From: Acidobacteriota bacterium
GTDB lineage: Bacteria; Acidobacteriota; Terriglobia; Acidiferrales; 2-02-FULL-67-57
Assembly (NCBI GenBank): GCA_022571295.1
Contig: JACZYA010000002.1
Span: forward strand, 1 to 57,153
Length of the DNA: 57,153 nt
Reading direction: 5' to 3'
Shown: positions 1 through 9,088 of the stretch, piece by piece
Layout: each line of letters begins with the position of its first letter
Numbering within the stretch: the stretch's first letter is position 1
Made by a program: the position numbers and the translations under genes
The notes under the pieces: generated by a model
What the model was told of the DNA's origin: nothing
Databases searched by the model: none
Seen by the model: the letters and a program-made list of their open reading frames with translations, nothing else

Positions 1-1
1 G

Positions 2-820
2 CTCGCGGGCGCTGTGGTCGGCGAAGCCGAAGTGCGCAATCTCTCCCTCGAAGAGGCCCGGAATTTTGAAGCCGAGGTGGGCGGCGGAGTAATCGGCGAG
101 GTCGGAAGCCAGCGGGTCGCGGTCGGCAAACTCTCCTTCCTGCACGAACGCGGTGTTCAAAACCTCACAGCCCTCGATCGGGAAGCTGCTGCGCTTCAGG
201 ACGATGGGCATACCGTGATCTACCTGGCGATTGACGGCAAGCTCGCGGCGATCCTCGCGGTTTCGGACCCCATCAAGGCGGAGACGCCATCCGCGATCAA
301 ACGGCTACACGCGCTCGGGCTGCGCATCGTCATGCTCACGGGAGACGACGAACGCGTCGCAGAATCGGTCGCAAGGCGGCTGGGAATCGACGAGTTCGCT
401 GCCGGATTGTCGCCGCGCGACAAGCTCGATCGCATCCTTGCCCTGCGAGAAGCGGGACACTGTGTCGCGATGGCCGGCGACGGCATCAACGATGCGCCCG
501 CACTGGCCGCCGCCCACGTGGGCATCGCGATGGGAACCGGGACCGACGTCGCGATCGAGAGCGCCGGCATCACGCTCCTCAGCGGCGACCTGCGGGCGGT
601 CGGAAAAGCCATCGCATTGAGCCGCGCCGTGATGCGCAACATCCGCCAGAATCTCTTCTTCGCCTTCATCTACAACTCACTGGGGGTTCCGCTGGCGGCA
701 GGCGTGCTCTATCCCGTTTTTGGATTGCTGCTCAGCCCCATCATTGCCAGCGCCGCCATGACCTTCAGCTCGGTCTCAGTCATTACCAACGCCCTCCGCC
801 TCCGCAAGCTCCCCTTGTAG
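2..820 (+). CDS. Heavy-metal translocating P1B-type ATPase, C-terminal fragment (the gene begins upstream of the window)
   Basis: The frame is open from the window edge. Motifs 'MLTGD' and the hinge 'GDGINDAPALA' are present, followed by two C-terminal TM helices (FFAFIYNSLGVPLAAG...). Metal specificity cannot be read because the CPC region is outside the window. Confidence 0.9.
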   Translation, partial: LAGAVVGEAEVRNLSLEEARNFEAEVGGGVIGEVGSQRVAVGKLSFLHERGVQNLTALDREAAALQDDGHTVIYLAIDGKLAAILAVSDPIKAETPSAIKRLHALGLRIVMLTGDDERVAESVARRLGIDEFAAGLSPRDKLDRILALREAGHCVAMAGDGINDAPALAAAHVGIAMGTGTDVAIESAGITLLSGDLRAVGKAIALSRAVMRNIRQNLFFAFIYNSLGVPLAAGVLYPVFGLLLSPIIASAAMTFSSVSVITNALRLRKLPL

Positions 821-943
821 TCGTCGTCAGGGAAGTGACTAGCTTTCCTTCGGCAAGGCACAAGGCCTTGCCCTGCCCTTTGCTGGCGGCACAGACAGGT
901 AGGGCAGCGGCTTGTCCCCTGCCGCTTGCTCAATAATCGGTGG

Positions 944-963
944 GGCAGACATTCTTGTCTGCC
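944..963. repeat. GC-rich hairpin repeat (ggcagaca-ttct-tgtctgcc), a member of the GGCAG(G/A)C palindromic family
   Basis: Perfect 8-bp stem with a tetraloop in the 300-bp intergenic region after the ATPase. Related gcctgyctgc/gcaggcaggc hairpins lie at 29879-29926 and 42381-42440. Confidence 0.5.
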
Positions 964-1119
964 ACCCGGGCACCGCGCAGACCGCCGCAGAGCGGGGCAG
1001 GCAGGAATGTCTGTGTTACCGTTGTTCTTGTACGTCTCAGGTAGCGGCGAAGAAGCCGCATTGTCCCGCCTGTCCTGAGCGCAGTCGAGAGAAGGCTTCT
1101 TCGTCGGTTTGTCTCACCC

Positions 1120-1644
1120 TCAGCTCGAAGGAGCATCCAGCAGGTCTTGCAGGAACTGCATCACCGAGAGGCCGTCCCACTCCAGCGGGCCGATGACTTT
1201 CCGCACCAGCAGGCCATTCTTGCTGATGATGTAGGTTTCCGGGTACATGAAGGTGCCGTAGAGGGTGGAGATGCGCTTCTCCGGGTCGTGGTGGTTGGGG
1301 AAGGTGATGCCGTGTGTGCGCAGGAAATTTTCGTAGGCGGCGCGGCTCTCGTCCACGCTGATGCCCAGCACCACCAATCCTTCCTCTGAAAGTGATTCGT
1401 GCAGCCGCTGCAGCGACGGCATCTCATCCACGCAGGGCGGGCACCAGGTGGCCCAGAAGTTCAGCACCACCACCCGCCCGCGCAGGGCCGCCAGCTCGGT
1501 CGCCTGCCCGTTGAGAGTAAGGGGGAAGTTGGGCGCCGGTTGCGATTCGCGCGGAGCTTCAAAGTGGGTGCGCGGCGCCACCAGCGCGGCCGTCAAAGCC
1601 AGCCCCACCAGGCCGAGCACCACAGGGGTGATTTTGTCTTTCAT
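1120..1644 (-). CDS. TlpA/ResA-like periplasmic thiol:disulfide oxidoreductase (thioredoxin fold)
   Basis: N-terminal membrane anchor MKDKITPVVLGLVGLALTAAL and active site 'WATWCPPC'; 174 aa. Confidence 0.85.
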   Translation of the reverse strand: MKDKITPVVLGLVGLALTAALVAPRTHFEAPRESQPAPNFPLTLNGQATELAALRGRVVVLNFWATWCPPCVDEMPSLQRLHESLSEEGLVVLGISVDESRAAYENFLRTHGITFPNHHDPEKRISTLYGTFMYPETYIISKNGLLVRKVIGPLEWDGLSVMQFLQDLLDAPSS

Positions 1645-1733
1645 GCCGGGTCTTTCACGTCGGTTTCAAATCCGCTATACTTTTTGACTTCGCGAGCTTA
1701 CTTCGCTTCCGGGGGGTCTTTCGTTCACTGCCA

Positions 1734-2774
1734 ATGGTCGTCCCGCACGTCAGTGTCATTGTAGCCGCCCGGAACGAAGAAGCCAATGTCTCCGCCGCGG
1801 TGGAGTCGCTGGCGGCGCAGACTGTGCCGGTGGAGTTGATTGTCGTTAACGATTGCTCCACTGACCGCACCGGAGCCATCCTGGCCGAGCTGAGCGCAAA
1901 GCTGCCGCAACTGCGCGTAGTCGAAACCCGCGGCTTGCCGGCAGGTTGGATCGGCAAGAACCACGCCCTCGCCCGCGGGGTGGAGGAAGCCCGCGCGCCC
2001 TGGCTGCTGTTCACCGACGCTGACGTGCGGCACGCACCCCGCGCGCTTGAAAAAGGTCTGGCGCTGGCGCGGGAGACGGGCGCCGACGTGGTTTCCTTTT
2101 CGCCCCAACAAGAGATGCGCACTTGGTGGGAGCGGGCCGTGATTCCGCTCGTCTATTGCCGCTTGGCGGAAGAGTATCCCTACCACCAAGTGAGCGACCC
2201 GCAGCAGCCGCAGGCGGCTGCCAACGGGCAATGGCTGCTGGTCAGGCGCGACGCTTACCAGACTGCGGGCGGCCACGCTGCCGTTCGGAGTGAGATTCTG
2301 GAAGACGTGGAGCTGGCCCGCCGCCTGAAACGCTCCGGCTATCGCCTGCATTTTGCTTTGGGCGCAGGCGTGGCACGCACGCGCATGTACCGCCGGTTTG
2401 GCGAGATGTGGGAAGGCTGGTCGAAGAATCTTTTCCTTCTCTTCCAGCGACGCAAGCGCGCCGTGGTTGCGTCACTGGGGGGCGCTGCACTGGATGGGCT
2501 GGCCGCGCTGCTGTTGCTGCTGGGTCTGGCCGGGATGCAAGGGGGAGGGCCGCCAAGTTCACTGATTTTTCTTTCCGGTGCGGGCGTGATTGTTTTCCGC
2601 CATGCCCGCTATGCGCAGGCGCTGCGCCGGAATTGTTTTCCGTGGTGGTGCATCTTTTATTACACCGTGGGCAGCATTCTTTTTGCGCTCTTGCTGGTTT
2701 CCTCGGCCGCCAAGCACCTGAGCGGGCAGCCGCTCAAATGGAAAGGACGCGACTACGCCGTTACCGCCAGATGA
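1734..2774 (+). CDS. Membrane-bound family-2 glycosyltransferase
   Basis: N-terminal GT-A fold ('VSVIVAARNEE', 'VVNDCSTDRT', 'FTDADV' DxD) followed by C-terminal TM helices. Its stop overlaps the next gene's start (ATGA at 2771-2774). Confidence 0.8.
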   Translation: MVVPHVSVIVAARNEEANVSAAVESLAAQTVPVELIVVNDCSTDRTGAILAELSAKLPQLRVVETRGLPAGWIGKNHALARGVEEARAPWLLFTDADVRHAPRALEKGLALARETGADVVSFSPQQEMRTWWERAVIPLVYCRLAEEYPYHQVSDPQQPQAAANGQWLLVRRDAYQTAGGHAAVRSEILEDVELARRLKRSGYRLHFALGAGVARTRMYRRFGEMWEGWSKNLFLLFQRRKRAVVASLGGAALDGLAALLLLLGLAGMQGGGPPSSLIFLSGAGVIVFRHARYAQALRRNCFPWWCIFYYTVGSILFALLLVSSAAKHLSGQPLKWKGRDYAVTAR

Positions 2775-3190
2775 TCTACCTGACGCGCAAGATTGAGTTC
2801 TCCGCCTCGCACTACTACTGGAACCCCGAGTTCACGCCGGAAGAAAACCGGCGCGTCTTCGGCAAGTGCGCCAACCGGCACGGGCACGGACACAACTACG
2901 TGCTGGAGGTGACGGTGGCGGGCGAGCCCGACCCCGTCACCGGCATGGTGCTCGACATGAAAGAGTTGAAGCAGATTTTGGAGCGCGAGGTGATGGAAGT
3001 CTTCGACCACAAGTTCATCAACCAAGAGGTGTCGCAGCTCGACGGGAAGATTCCCACCAGCGAGAACATCGCCTGCATCATCTGGACCCTGCTGGAAGGA
3101 AAAGTTCCCGGCGGGCGCCTGCATCACATTCGCCTCTACGAAACTCCGGACTTGTTTGTGGACTACTATGGAGGCAACGCCGCGCGATGA
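2771..3190 (+). CDS. 6-pyruvoyl-tetrahydropterin synthase family protein (COG0720), paralog 1
   Basis: 'MIYLTRKIEFSASHYY...[20 protein letters not shown]'. The Cys-x5-HGH spacing resembles eukaryote/cyanobacterial PTPS rather than E. coli QueD (Cys-x3-HGH, from memory). The start was chosen at the internal ATG that overlaps the GT2 stop. Confidence 0.85.
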   Translation: MIYLTRKIEFSASHYYWNPEFTPEENRRVFGKCANRHGHGHNYVLEVTVAGEPDPVTGMVLDMKELKQILEREVMEVFDHKFINQEVSQLDGKIPTSENIACIIWTLLEGKVPGGRLHHIRLYETPDLFVDYYGGNAAR

Positions 3191-3609
3191 TCTACCTCAC
3201 CCGCCGCTATCGCTTCAGCGCCTCCCACCGGCTGCACAGTCCGCGCCTGTCCGAAGAGGAAAACCAGCGCGTCTTCGGCAAGTGCAACAACCCGGGCGGC
3301 CACGGCCACAACTACGTGCTGGAAGTCACGGTCAACGGCAAGCCTGACCCCAAGACGGGGATGGTGGTGGACTTGGCCCAGCTCGACCGCTTCGTGGGGG
3401 AGGAGGTTCTGGAGCGTTTCGACCATGCCTATCTGAACGCCGATGCCGAGAGTTTCGGCGACAAAGTGCCCACCACCGAGAATCTCTGCATTGATATTTT
3501 CCACCGTCTGCGGGCCGGGTTTGTCGCCGTGCCGGTGGCGCGGGTGCGGTTGGAAGAGACCAGTTTGAATTCGTTTGAATACCGGGGCGAGGAAGGAAGG
3601 ACACCATGA
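3187..3609 (+). CDS. 6-pyruvoyl-tetrahydropterin synthase family protein (COG0720), paralog 2
   Basis: '[49 protein letters not shown]' is very close to mammalian PTPS 'SASHRL...FGKCNNPNGHGHNY' (from memory). There are ATGA overlaps at both ends. Confidence 0.85.
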   Translation: MIYLTRRYRFSASHRLHSPRLSEEENQRVFGKCNNPGGHGHNYVLEVTVNGKPDPKTGMVVDLAQLDRFVGEEVLERFDHAYLNADAESFGDKVPTTENLCIDIFHRLRAGFVAVPVARVRLEETSLNSFEYRGEEGRTP

Positions 3610-4214
3610 AGACTGATCGGACCGAAGTGGAATTCGCCGGGTCGGAGAACGCGGCCGAAGAGATCGCGAGTCTGTACGGGCGCATCCTGGCGTTGCTGGG
3701 GGAAGACCCGGAGCGGGACGGCTTGCAGGGAACGCCCCAGCGGGTGGCGCACGCTTTGCGCTTCTTGACCAGCGGCTACCGGCAGAACCTCGACAAGGTC
3801 ATCAACGCGGCTTACTTTTCGGTTGCGTACGACGAGATGATCATCGTCAAAGACATTGAAGTCTTCAGCCTGTGCGAGCACCACCTGCTGCCCTTTTTCG
3901 GCAAGTGCCACATCGCCTACATTCCCGATAAGAAGGTAGTGGGGTTGAGCAAACTGCCCCGGCTGGTAAACTTTTATGCGCGGCGGCTGCAACTCCAGGA
4001 GCGTTTGAGCAGCCAGATCGCGCAGGCCATCTGGGAGAAGCTGGAGCCGCAGGGGGTGGGGGTGATTGTGGAAGCGCGCCACCTGTGCATGCTGATGCGC
4101 GGGGTGGAGAAGCAGCACTCCACTGCCATCACCAGCGCCATGCTGGGCAGCTTCCGCGACAACCCGCAGACGCGGCAAGAGTTCCTGGCCCTGGTGCAGA
4201 AGAGTAATGGCTAG
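3606..4214 (+). CDS. folE: GTP cyclohydrolase I (type IA)
   Basis: '[21 protein letters not shown]' and 'RLQLQERL' motifs; 202 aa; ATGA overlap with the upstream PTPS. Confidence 0.93.
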   Translation: MKTDRTEVEFAGSENAAEEIASLYGRILALLGEDPERDGLQGTPQRVAHALRFLTSGYRQNLDKVINAAYFSVAYDEMIIVKDIEVFSLCEHHLLPFFGKCHIAYIPDKKVVGLSKLPRLVNFYARRLQLQERLSSQIAQAIWEKLEPQGVGVIVEARHLCMLMRGVEKQHSTAITSAMLGSFRDNPQTRQEFLALVQKSNG

Positions 4215-4312
4215 CCGCCCGCTGGAAGCCCTTTGCAATTGTGCGGCCCTGTGTTATCGTACTGGCGGATGAAACGAGGAGAATAGGAAAGGAGAAAGGC
4301 TCAGGCAACGCT

Positions 4313-4582
4313 ATGGGTCTGGCGCAGGAAAGCAAGTCAGCGGTGATCGGTCAACATCGTCTCCACGCGAGCGATACCGGCTCGCCGGAAGTGCAGATTG
4401 CGCTTCTGAGCGGGCGCATCAACGGTCTGACCGACCATTTCAAGACCCACGGCAAGGACCATGCGTCCCGGCGCGGTTTGATTCAGATGGTAAACCGCCG
4501 CCGGCGCCTGCTGGATTATTTGAGGAACAACGACCCCGGGCGGTACAAGCAAATTGTTGAGAAGCTCGGTTTACGGAAGTAA
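4313..4582 (+). CDS. rpsO: 30S ribosomal protein S15
   Basis: 89 aa: '[48 protein letters not shown]'. An SD-like aggaaaggagaaagg lies upstream of the ATG at 4313. The longer track ORF from 4241 was rejected. Confidence 0.95.
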   Translation: MGLAQESKSAVIGQHRLHASDTGSPEVQIALLSGRINGLTDHFKTHGKDHASRRGLIQMVNRRRRLLDYLRNNDPGRYKQIVEKLGLRK

Positions 4583-4590
4583 GACGGCTC

Positions 4591-4683
4591 CCGGCGGGGC
4601 AGCCTGCCAGCCAACAGTTTGTCGGCCCCACCAGCAAGGCACGGGTAGCAGCCCGCAGACGCAAGCCAGCCGGATGATTTTTT
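4591..4683 (+). terminator. Candidate rpsO terminator/attenuator: a long imperfect GC hairpin followed by a T6 run
   Basis: ccggc...gccgg closes an imperfect hairpin at about 4591-4673. It is followed by atga + tttttt (4678-4683), inside the 265-nt rpsO-pnp spacer. Confidence 0.3.
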
Positions 4684-4847
4684 GAGTTTTCAGCAGATGG
4701 TTTCCGGCGCAGGGTGTAGCACAGGTTTTTCCGCTCTCGATTCCACTCCTGCATTCATCTCAAATTCAATCAGACAGGGCAGCGGTGCCGCACTGCACTC
4801 TCCTTTTAGGGTGAGTGTAGGAGGCGGCGCTGGTTGCCGGAGGAACT

Positions 4848-6965
4848 ATGACAAAGCAAGTAGTAATTGACATCGGCGGACGTCCGCTGACAATTGAAAC
4901 CGGTCGTCTGGCCAAGCAGGCCAATGGCAGCGTGCAGGTGCGCTTTGGCGACACGGTAGTTTTGGTTACGGCCTGCATTCAGACCGAGCCGCGGCAAGGG
5001 CTTGACTTCTTTCCGCTCACCTGCGAGTACCGCGAGTACCAGTATGCCGCCGGCCGGATTCCGGGCGGCTTCTTCAAACGCGAAGGGCGCCCGAGCGAAA
5101 AGGAGATCGTCACCTGCCGGTTGATGGACCGACCGCTGCGGCCGCTGTTTCCGAAAGGGTTTCGCAACGAGACCCAAGTGATCGCGATGGTGCTTTCGGC
5201 CGACACCGACAATGACCCGGATGTGATCGCGCTGGTGGGCGCTTCGGCTGCGTTTTATATCTCCGACATTCCTTTCTTCACTCCCATCGCCTCGGTGCGG
5301 GTGGGATTGGTGGACGGCGCTTTGGTGTCCAACCCCACCTACGCGCAGCAGGTGGACAGCCTGCTGAACATCGTGGTGGCGGGATCGAAAGAAGCCATCG
5401 TGATGGTGGAAGCGGGCGCGGCGGAAGTGACGGAAGAGACCATCTTGGACGCTTTGCAATTCGCCCACGAACAAATCCGCAAGATCGTCGCCGGCATCGA
5501 GGATCTGCACGGCCAGATCCAGCCCAAGAAGTGGGAGGTGGCCGAGCTGGAGGTGAATCAGGAGTACTACCAGCAGATCGCCTCGCAATACGGCCAGCGG
5601 CTGGCGGACGCCTGCAACACCGAGAAGCACTCCAAAAAGGAAAGTCACCAGTTGGTGACTGCGCTCAAGAAGGAACTGGCGGAGTCCATCCCGGAAGAGG
5701 AGGAAGACCGCCGCAAGGAGGCGTCGCGTTACTTCTCCACACTGCGGGAAGAGATTTTCCGCCGCGATGTTCTGGAGAATAAGCGGCGTCCGGACGGCCG
5801 CGCCTTCGACAAGGTGCGCGCCATCAGCTGCGAAGTGGGGGTGCTGCCGCGCACGCACGGCTCGGCGCTCTTCACTCGCGGCGAGACCCAGGCGTTGGTG
5901 ACGGCCACCCTCGGTACCAAAGAGGACGTGCAGCGGCTCGACCTGCTGGCGGAAGAGGACGCCAAGAAGAAGTTCATGCTGCATTACAACTTCCCGCCGT
6001 TCTCGGTTGGCGAGGTCAAGTTCCTGCGCGGGCCCGGCCGGCGCGAGATTGGCCACGGTGCGCTGGCGGAGCGGGCCTTGCGGAAAGGCATGCCGAGCGA
6101 GGATGACTTCCCCTACACCGTCCGCGTGGTCTCCGACATTTTGGAGTCCAACGGCTCATCTTCGATGGCGACCGTGTGCGGTGGCTCGTTGGCTTTGATG
6201 GACGCCGGCGTTCCGGTGAAAGATCAGGTGGCCGGGATTGCCATGGGTTTGGTGATGGGCGAAGGCGGCAAGTACGGAATCCTCACCGACATCGCCGGAG
6301 CTGAAGACCACTACGGCGACATGGACTTCAAGGTGGCGGGCACCGCCAAGGGCATCACCGCCTTGCAGATGGACATCAAAGTCGGCGGCGTGACCTCGGC
6401 GATCCTGTCCGAGGCTCTCCAGCAGGCCAAGAAGGCCAGGCTGGAGATCCTCGACATCATGAACCAGACGCTGAGCAAGCCGCGCGAGGCCATCTCGCCC
6501 TATGCTCCCCACATCTTCACCTTGACCATCCCCCGGGACAAGATCGGCGGGCTGATCGGGCCGGGCGGGAAGGTCATCCGCGGCATCGTGGAGGCCACCG
6601 GCGCCAAGATTGACGTGATGGACGACGGCAAGGTGAACGTCTTCGCGGTGGACGAGGAAGCGGCCAAGCAGGCCATGCAAATGGTCCAGGACGTCACCGC
6701 CACCGCCGAGGTGGGGAAGACCTACCTGGGCAAGGTGGTGCGGCTGGTGGATTTCGGCGCTTTCGTCGAAATCTTTCCTGGCACCGACGGGCTGCTGCAC
6801 ATCAGCGAAATCGCCGAGCAGCGCATTCGTGATGTCCGCGACGAGCTGAAAGAAGGCGACCAGGTGATGGTCAAAGTCTTGACGGTGGAGGGTAACAAGA
6901 TTCGCCTTAGCCGCAAAGCGGTGCTGCGCGAGCAGCGCGCGAAGGAGCGTAGCGGCGCCAGTTAG
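4848..6965 (+). CDS. pnp: Polyribonucleotide nucleotidyltransferase (PNPase)
   Basis: 705 aa with two RNase PH domains and KH and S1 domains ('GKVVRLVDFGAFVEIFPGTDGLLHISE'). GGAGG lies 5 nt before the ATG, and the rpsO-pnp order is conserved. Confidence 0.97.
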   Translation: MTKQVVIDIGGRPLTIETGRLAKQANGSVQVRFGDTVVLVTACIQTEPRQGLDFFPLTCEYREYQYAAGRIPGGFFKREGRPSEKEIVTCRLMDRPLRPLFPKGFRNETQVIAMVLSADTDNDPDVIALVGASAAFYISDIPFFTPIASVRVGLVDGALVSNPTYAQQVDSLLNIVVAGSKEAIVMVEAGAAEVTEETILDALQFAHEQIRKIVAGIEDLHGQIQPKKWEVAELEVNQEYYQQIASQYGQRLADACNTEKHSKKESHQLVTALKKELAESIPEEEEDRRKEASRYFSTLREEIFRRDVLENKRRPDGRAFDKVRAISCEVGVLPRTHGSALFTRGETQALVTATLGTKEDVQRLDLLAEEDAKKKFMLHYNFPPFSVGEVKFLRGPGRREIGHGALAERALRKGMPSEDDFPYTVRVVSDILESNGSSSMATVCGGSLALMDAGVPVKDQVAGIAMGLVMGEGGKYGILTDIAGAEDHYGDMDFKVAGTAKGITALQMDIKVGGVTSAILSEALQQAKKARLEILDIMNQTLSKPREAISPYAPHIFTLTIPRDKIGGLIGPGGKVIRGIVEATGAKIDVMDDGKVNVFAVDEEAAKQAMQMVQDVTATAEVGKTYLGKVVRLVDFGAFVEIFPGTDGLLHISEIAEQRIRDVRDELKEGDQVMVKVLTVEGNKIRLSRKAVLREQRAKERSGAS

Positions 6966-6994
6966 CTAGGAAACTTCTGCGAAGAAGCGAGAAC

Positions 6995-7023
6995 GGCCGG
7001 CGGCAACCCCGTCGGCCTTTTTT
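6995..7023 (+). terminator. Rho-independent terminator of pnp
   Basis: ggccggcgg-caacc-ccgtcggcc forms a 9-bp stem with one G-U pair. It is followed by tttttt. Confidence 0.7.
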
Positions 7024-7041
7024 GTGTAGGATTACTCCCTC

Positions 7042-7938
7042 ATGCAGCCACGGCATTGGTTGGCGTTTGGCCTGCTGGCCTTGATCTGGGGCACCACCTG
7101 GCTGGGTATCAAGTTCGTGGTGCGGGAGATGCCCCCGCTCACCACCGCCGGTGTGCGCTTTGCGGTGGCGGCGCTGCTGCTGGCCGCCTTTGCGCGCTGG
7201 CAGGGGCGGTCACTTTCCTGGAGCCAATTCCGCCGCCAGGAGCGGCGCCTGCTGCTTCTGCTCTCCGTCATCATGATTGGCCTCCCCTACGGCCTGGTTT
7301 TCTATGCCGAGCAGCACATCTCCTCCGCTCTCACCGCCATCCTGTTTTCGTCTCATGCCGTCTTTGTTCTGCTGTTCGATTCGCTGCACTCCCGGCGCAA
7401 CCTGTTCAGGGGCGGGCGACTGGCCGGTTTGTTGTTGGCTGCCGGCGGGATTACGTTGATTTTTCTGCCGCGCTTGAGCGGTTCGGCGGCTGAGTTGTCG
7501 GGGGTGGCGGCGGTGCTGGGACTTGCGCTCTCGAGCGGGCTGGCGGCAGTCCTGGCCAAGTACGGCGCGCACGATATTGACCCGGTGGTGGGCGTCACCT
7601 GGCAGATGGCGGGCGGAGCGCTGTGGCTGCTGGCGGTGGGATCTGTGCTGGAGCGGCCTGGATGGGAAAGCTATTCGCCCCAGGCATGGGGGGCGCTGCT
7701 CTACCTGATTGTGTTTGGTTCTTGCGTAACCTTCGTGCTTTACTACACGCTTCTGAAGCGCATGGCGCCGGTGCAGCTTTCGACTTTGACCTTCATCGAG
7801 CCCATGATTGCCGTGGCGGCCGGATGGCTGGTGCTGGGGGAGCGTTTGGGCGGTTATTCTCTGCTAGGTGCGGTGATCGTGCTGGCGGGAGTGGTGCTGG
7901 TGCACCGGGAGGAGTCCACGCCTTTCGCCGGTGGATGA
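7042..7938 (+). CDS. EamA/DMT-family transporter
   Basis: 298 aa with about 10 TM helices in two EamA-like halves. Confidence 0.8.
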   Translation: MQPRHWLAFGLLALIWGTTWLGIKFVVREMPPLTTAGVRFAVAALLLAAFARWQGRSLSWSQFRRQERRLLLLLSVIMIGLPYGLVFYAEQHISSALTAILFSSHAVFVLLFDSLHSRRNLFRGGRLAGLLLAAGGITLIFLPRLSGSAAELSGVAAVLGLALSSGLAAVLAKYGAHDIDPVVGVTWQMAGGALWLLAVGSVLERPGWESYSPQAWGALLYLIVFGSCVTFVLYYTLLKRMAPVQLSTLTFIEPMIAVAAGWLVLGERLGGYSLLGAVIVLAGVVLVHREESTPFAGG

Positions 7939-7943
7939 GTTGA

Positions 7944-8744
7944 GTGATGTCGATAGCACCGTTCATTGCGTTCCTGGTTGCACTGGGGTTGGTGGCCGGC
8001 ACCTTCGGAGGTCTGCTGGGCTTGGGCGGGAGCATCCTGCTGGTGCCGGTGCTGACGATGGTGTTCGGATTTCCGATGGCGATCGCGGTGGGAACGGGAC
8101 TGCTGTGCGTAGTCGCCACCTCCTGCGCCGCCGCCAGCGTGTACGTCGAGCGCGGCTGGGCCGACGTGCGGCTGGGCATGCTGCTGGAATTGGCGACGGT
8201 GCTGGGAGCCATCAGCGGGGCGCTGGTGATGCCGCTGCTCTCGGAGACGCTGTTGAAAGGTTTGTTCGGTGCTTTCATGCTCTATGCTGCCGTGTTGTTG
8301 TGGCGCCGCCCGCCGGGCGAGTCGGAGGAAGTGGGGGAAACTCTTCCTGCCTACCGAGTGCGCAACCGCGCGCTGGGAACGGGCGTGTGCTACGGGGTGG
8401 GTGGCGTTTCGGCCATGCTTGGCATCGGCGGCGGGCCGATTCAGGTGCCGTTGATGTATCTCGGCATGGGCGTGCCGTTGAAGATGGCGGCTGCCACCAG
8501 CAGTTTTCTGATGGGGATGACAGCGGCAGCGGGCGCGTTGATTTACTACGGACGCGGGCAGGTGATGGTGGCGCTGACCGCGCCGCTGGTGGTGGGCGTG
8601 TTCCTGGGAGCGCAGTTGGGCTCGCGCCTGGCGCACCGGGTTCGCAGCCGTTGGGTGCACGTCCTGTTGATCCTGGTGTTGCTGGCCCTGGCTGTGATGA
8701 TGTTGGGTGAAGCTTTCGGTTTTTCCTTGCGAGGACTGGCATGA
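7944..8744 (+). CDS. TauE/SafE-family anion (sulfite-type) exporter
   Basis: 266 aa, polytopic, with Gly-rich helices ('GGLLGLGGSILLVPVL', 'GIGGGPIQVPL'). The start is GTG 7944 or ATG 7947. Confidence 0.8.
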   Translation: MMSIAPFIAFLVALGLVAGTFGGLLGLGGSILLVPVLTMVFGFPMAIAVGTGLLCVVATSCAAASVYVERGWADVRLGMLLELATVLGAISGALVMPLLSETLLKGLFGAFMLYAAVLLWRRPPGESEEVGETLPAYRVRNRALGTGVCYGVGGVSAMLGIGGGPIQVPLMYLGMGVPLKMAAATSSFLMGMTAAAGALIYYGRGQVMVALTAPLVVGVFLGAQLGSRLAHRVRSRWVHVLLILVLLALAVMMLGEAFGFSLRGLA

Positions 8745-9088
8745 GTTCCACCGGCCCCTACCGCTGGATTGCCGGGACGCTGCGCTGGGGCTCGTACCTG
8801 TCGGCGCTGCTGCTGGCGGTCGGTGTGGTCTGGGTGGCGCTTGATCCCTCGGTTCCGATTCAGGTCGGACCGGGGATGCCTTTTCGCATACTGGGCGAGC
8901 AGTTGATGACGGGCAATCCCTACGCACTCATGCAACTCGGTCTGCTGGTGCTGCTGGCGACGCCGCTGCTGCGCGTGGTGGTGGCCGCCGGGACTTTCTG
9001 GCGCATCCGGGAGCGGCGCTACACTGTGGTGGCGCTGTTGGTGCTGCTGAGTGTGGCGGCCAGCGTGTGGCTGTCCGGCGGCCGTTAG
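8741..9088 (+). CDS. Small membrane protein, DUF1634-like (usual partner of TauE genes)
   Basis: 115 aa with about 3 TM helices; ATGA overlap with the TauE gene. The family assignment is from memory of the TauE-DUF1634 pairing. Confidence 0.6.
   Translation: MSSTGPYRWIAGTLRWGSYLSALLLAVGVVWVALDPSVPIQVGPGMPFRILGEQLMTGNPYALMQLGLLVLLATPLLRVVVAAGTFWRIRERRYTVVALLVLLSVAASVWLSGGR

Noticed and set aside
1120-1644. Other candidate selenoproteins or recoded genes (for example the TlpA-like thioredoxin).
   Set aside because: Its CxxC motif ('WCPPC') is intact and the ORF is full length. No other confident gene in the window ends prematurely at a TGA aligned with a catalytic Cys.
1645-1733. Riboswitch (preQ1, THF or ZTP) ahead of the GT2-PTPS-folE operon.
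   Set aside because: Only 89 nt are available and no consensus elements are recognisable. At most there is a weak TTTCAC-17-TATACT promoter-like match (1653-1681).
2408-3190. Long N-terminal extensions of both PTPS ORFs (2408.. and 2866..) and of rpsO (4241..), ZIP (35969..), SDR (..22936), the 23027 ORF, the Fis-like ORF (..24952) and rluD (..49496).
   Set aside because: The extensions overlap the preceding genes or are non-homologous low-complexity sequence. Internal starts coincide with ATGA coupling or good SD sequences and with the family N-termini.
4806-6056. 416-aa ORF antisense to pnp. Similar long antisense ORFs include 42547..43983, 43984..45180, 47402..48787, 51213..52763, 17407..18816, 17829..18968, 19233..20399, 10363..11322, 9664..10629, 26893..27927, 40121..41326 and 32320..33657.
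   Set aside because: Each lies opposite a gene with unmistakable family motifs. Their products are Arg/Gly/Ala/Pro-rich low-complexity strings typical of shadow frames in GC-rich DNA, and none shows a recognisable motif or SD.
9085-9088. Convergent genes (DUF1634 and murA) whose stop codons overlap (TTAG).
   Set aside because: This is real but trivial. It is compact gene packing with no room for, or sign of, a regulatory element.
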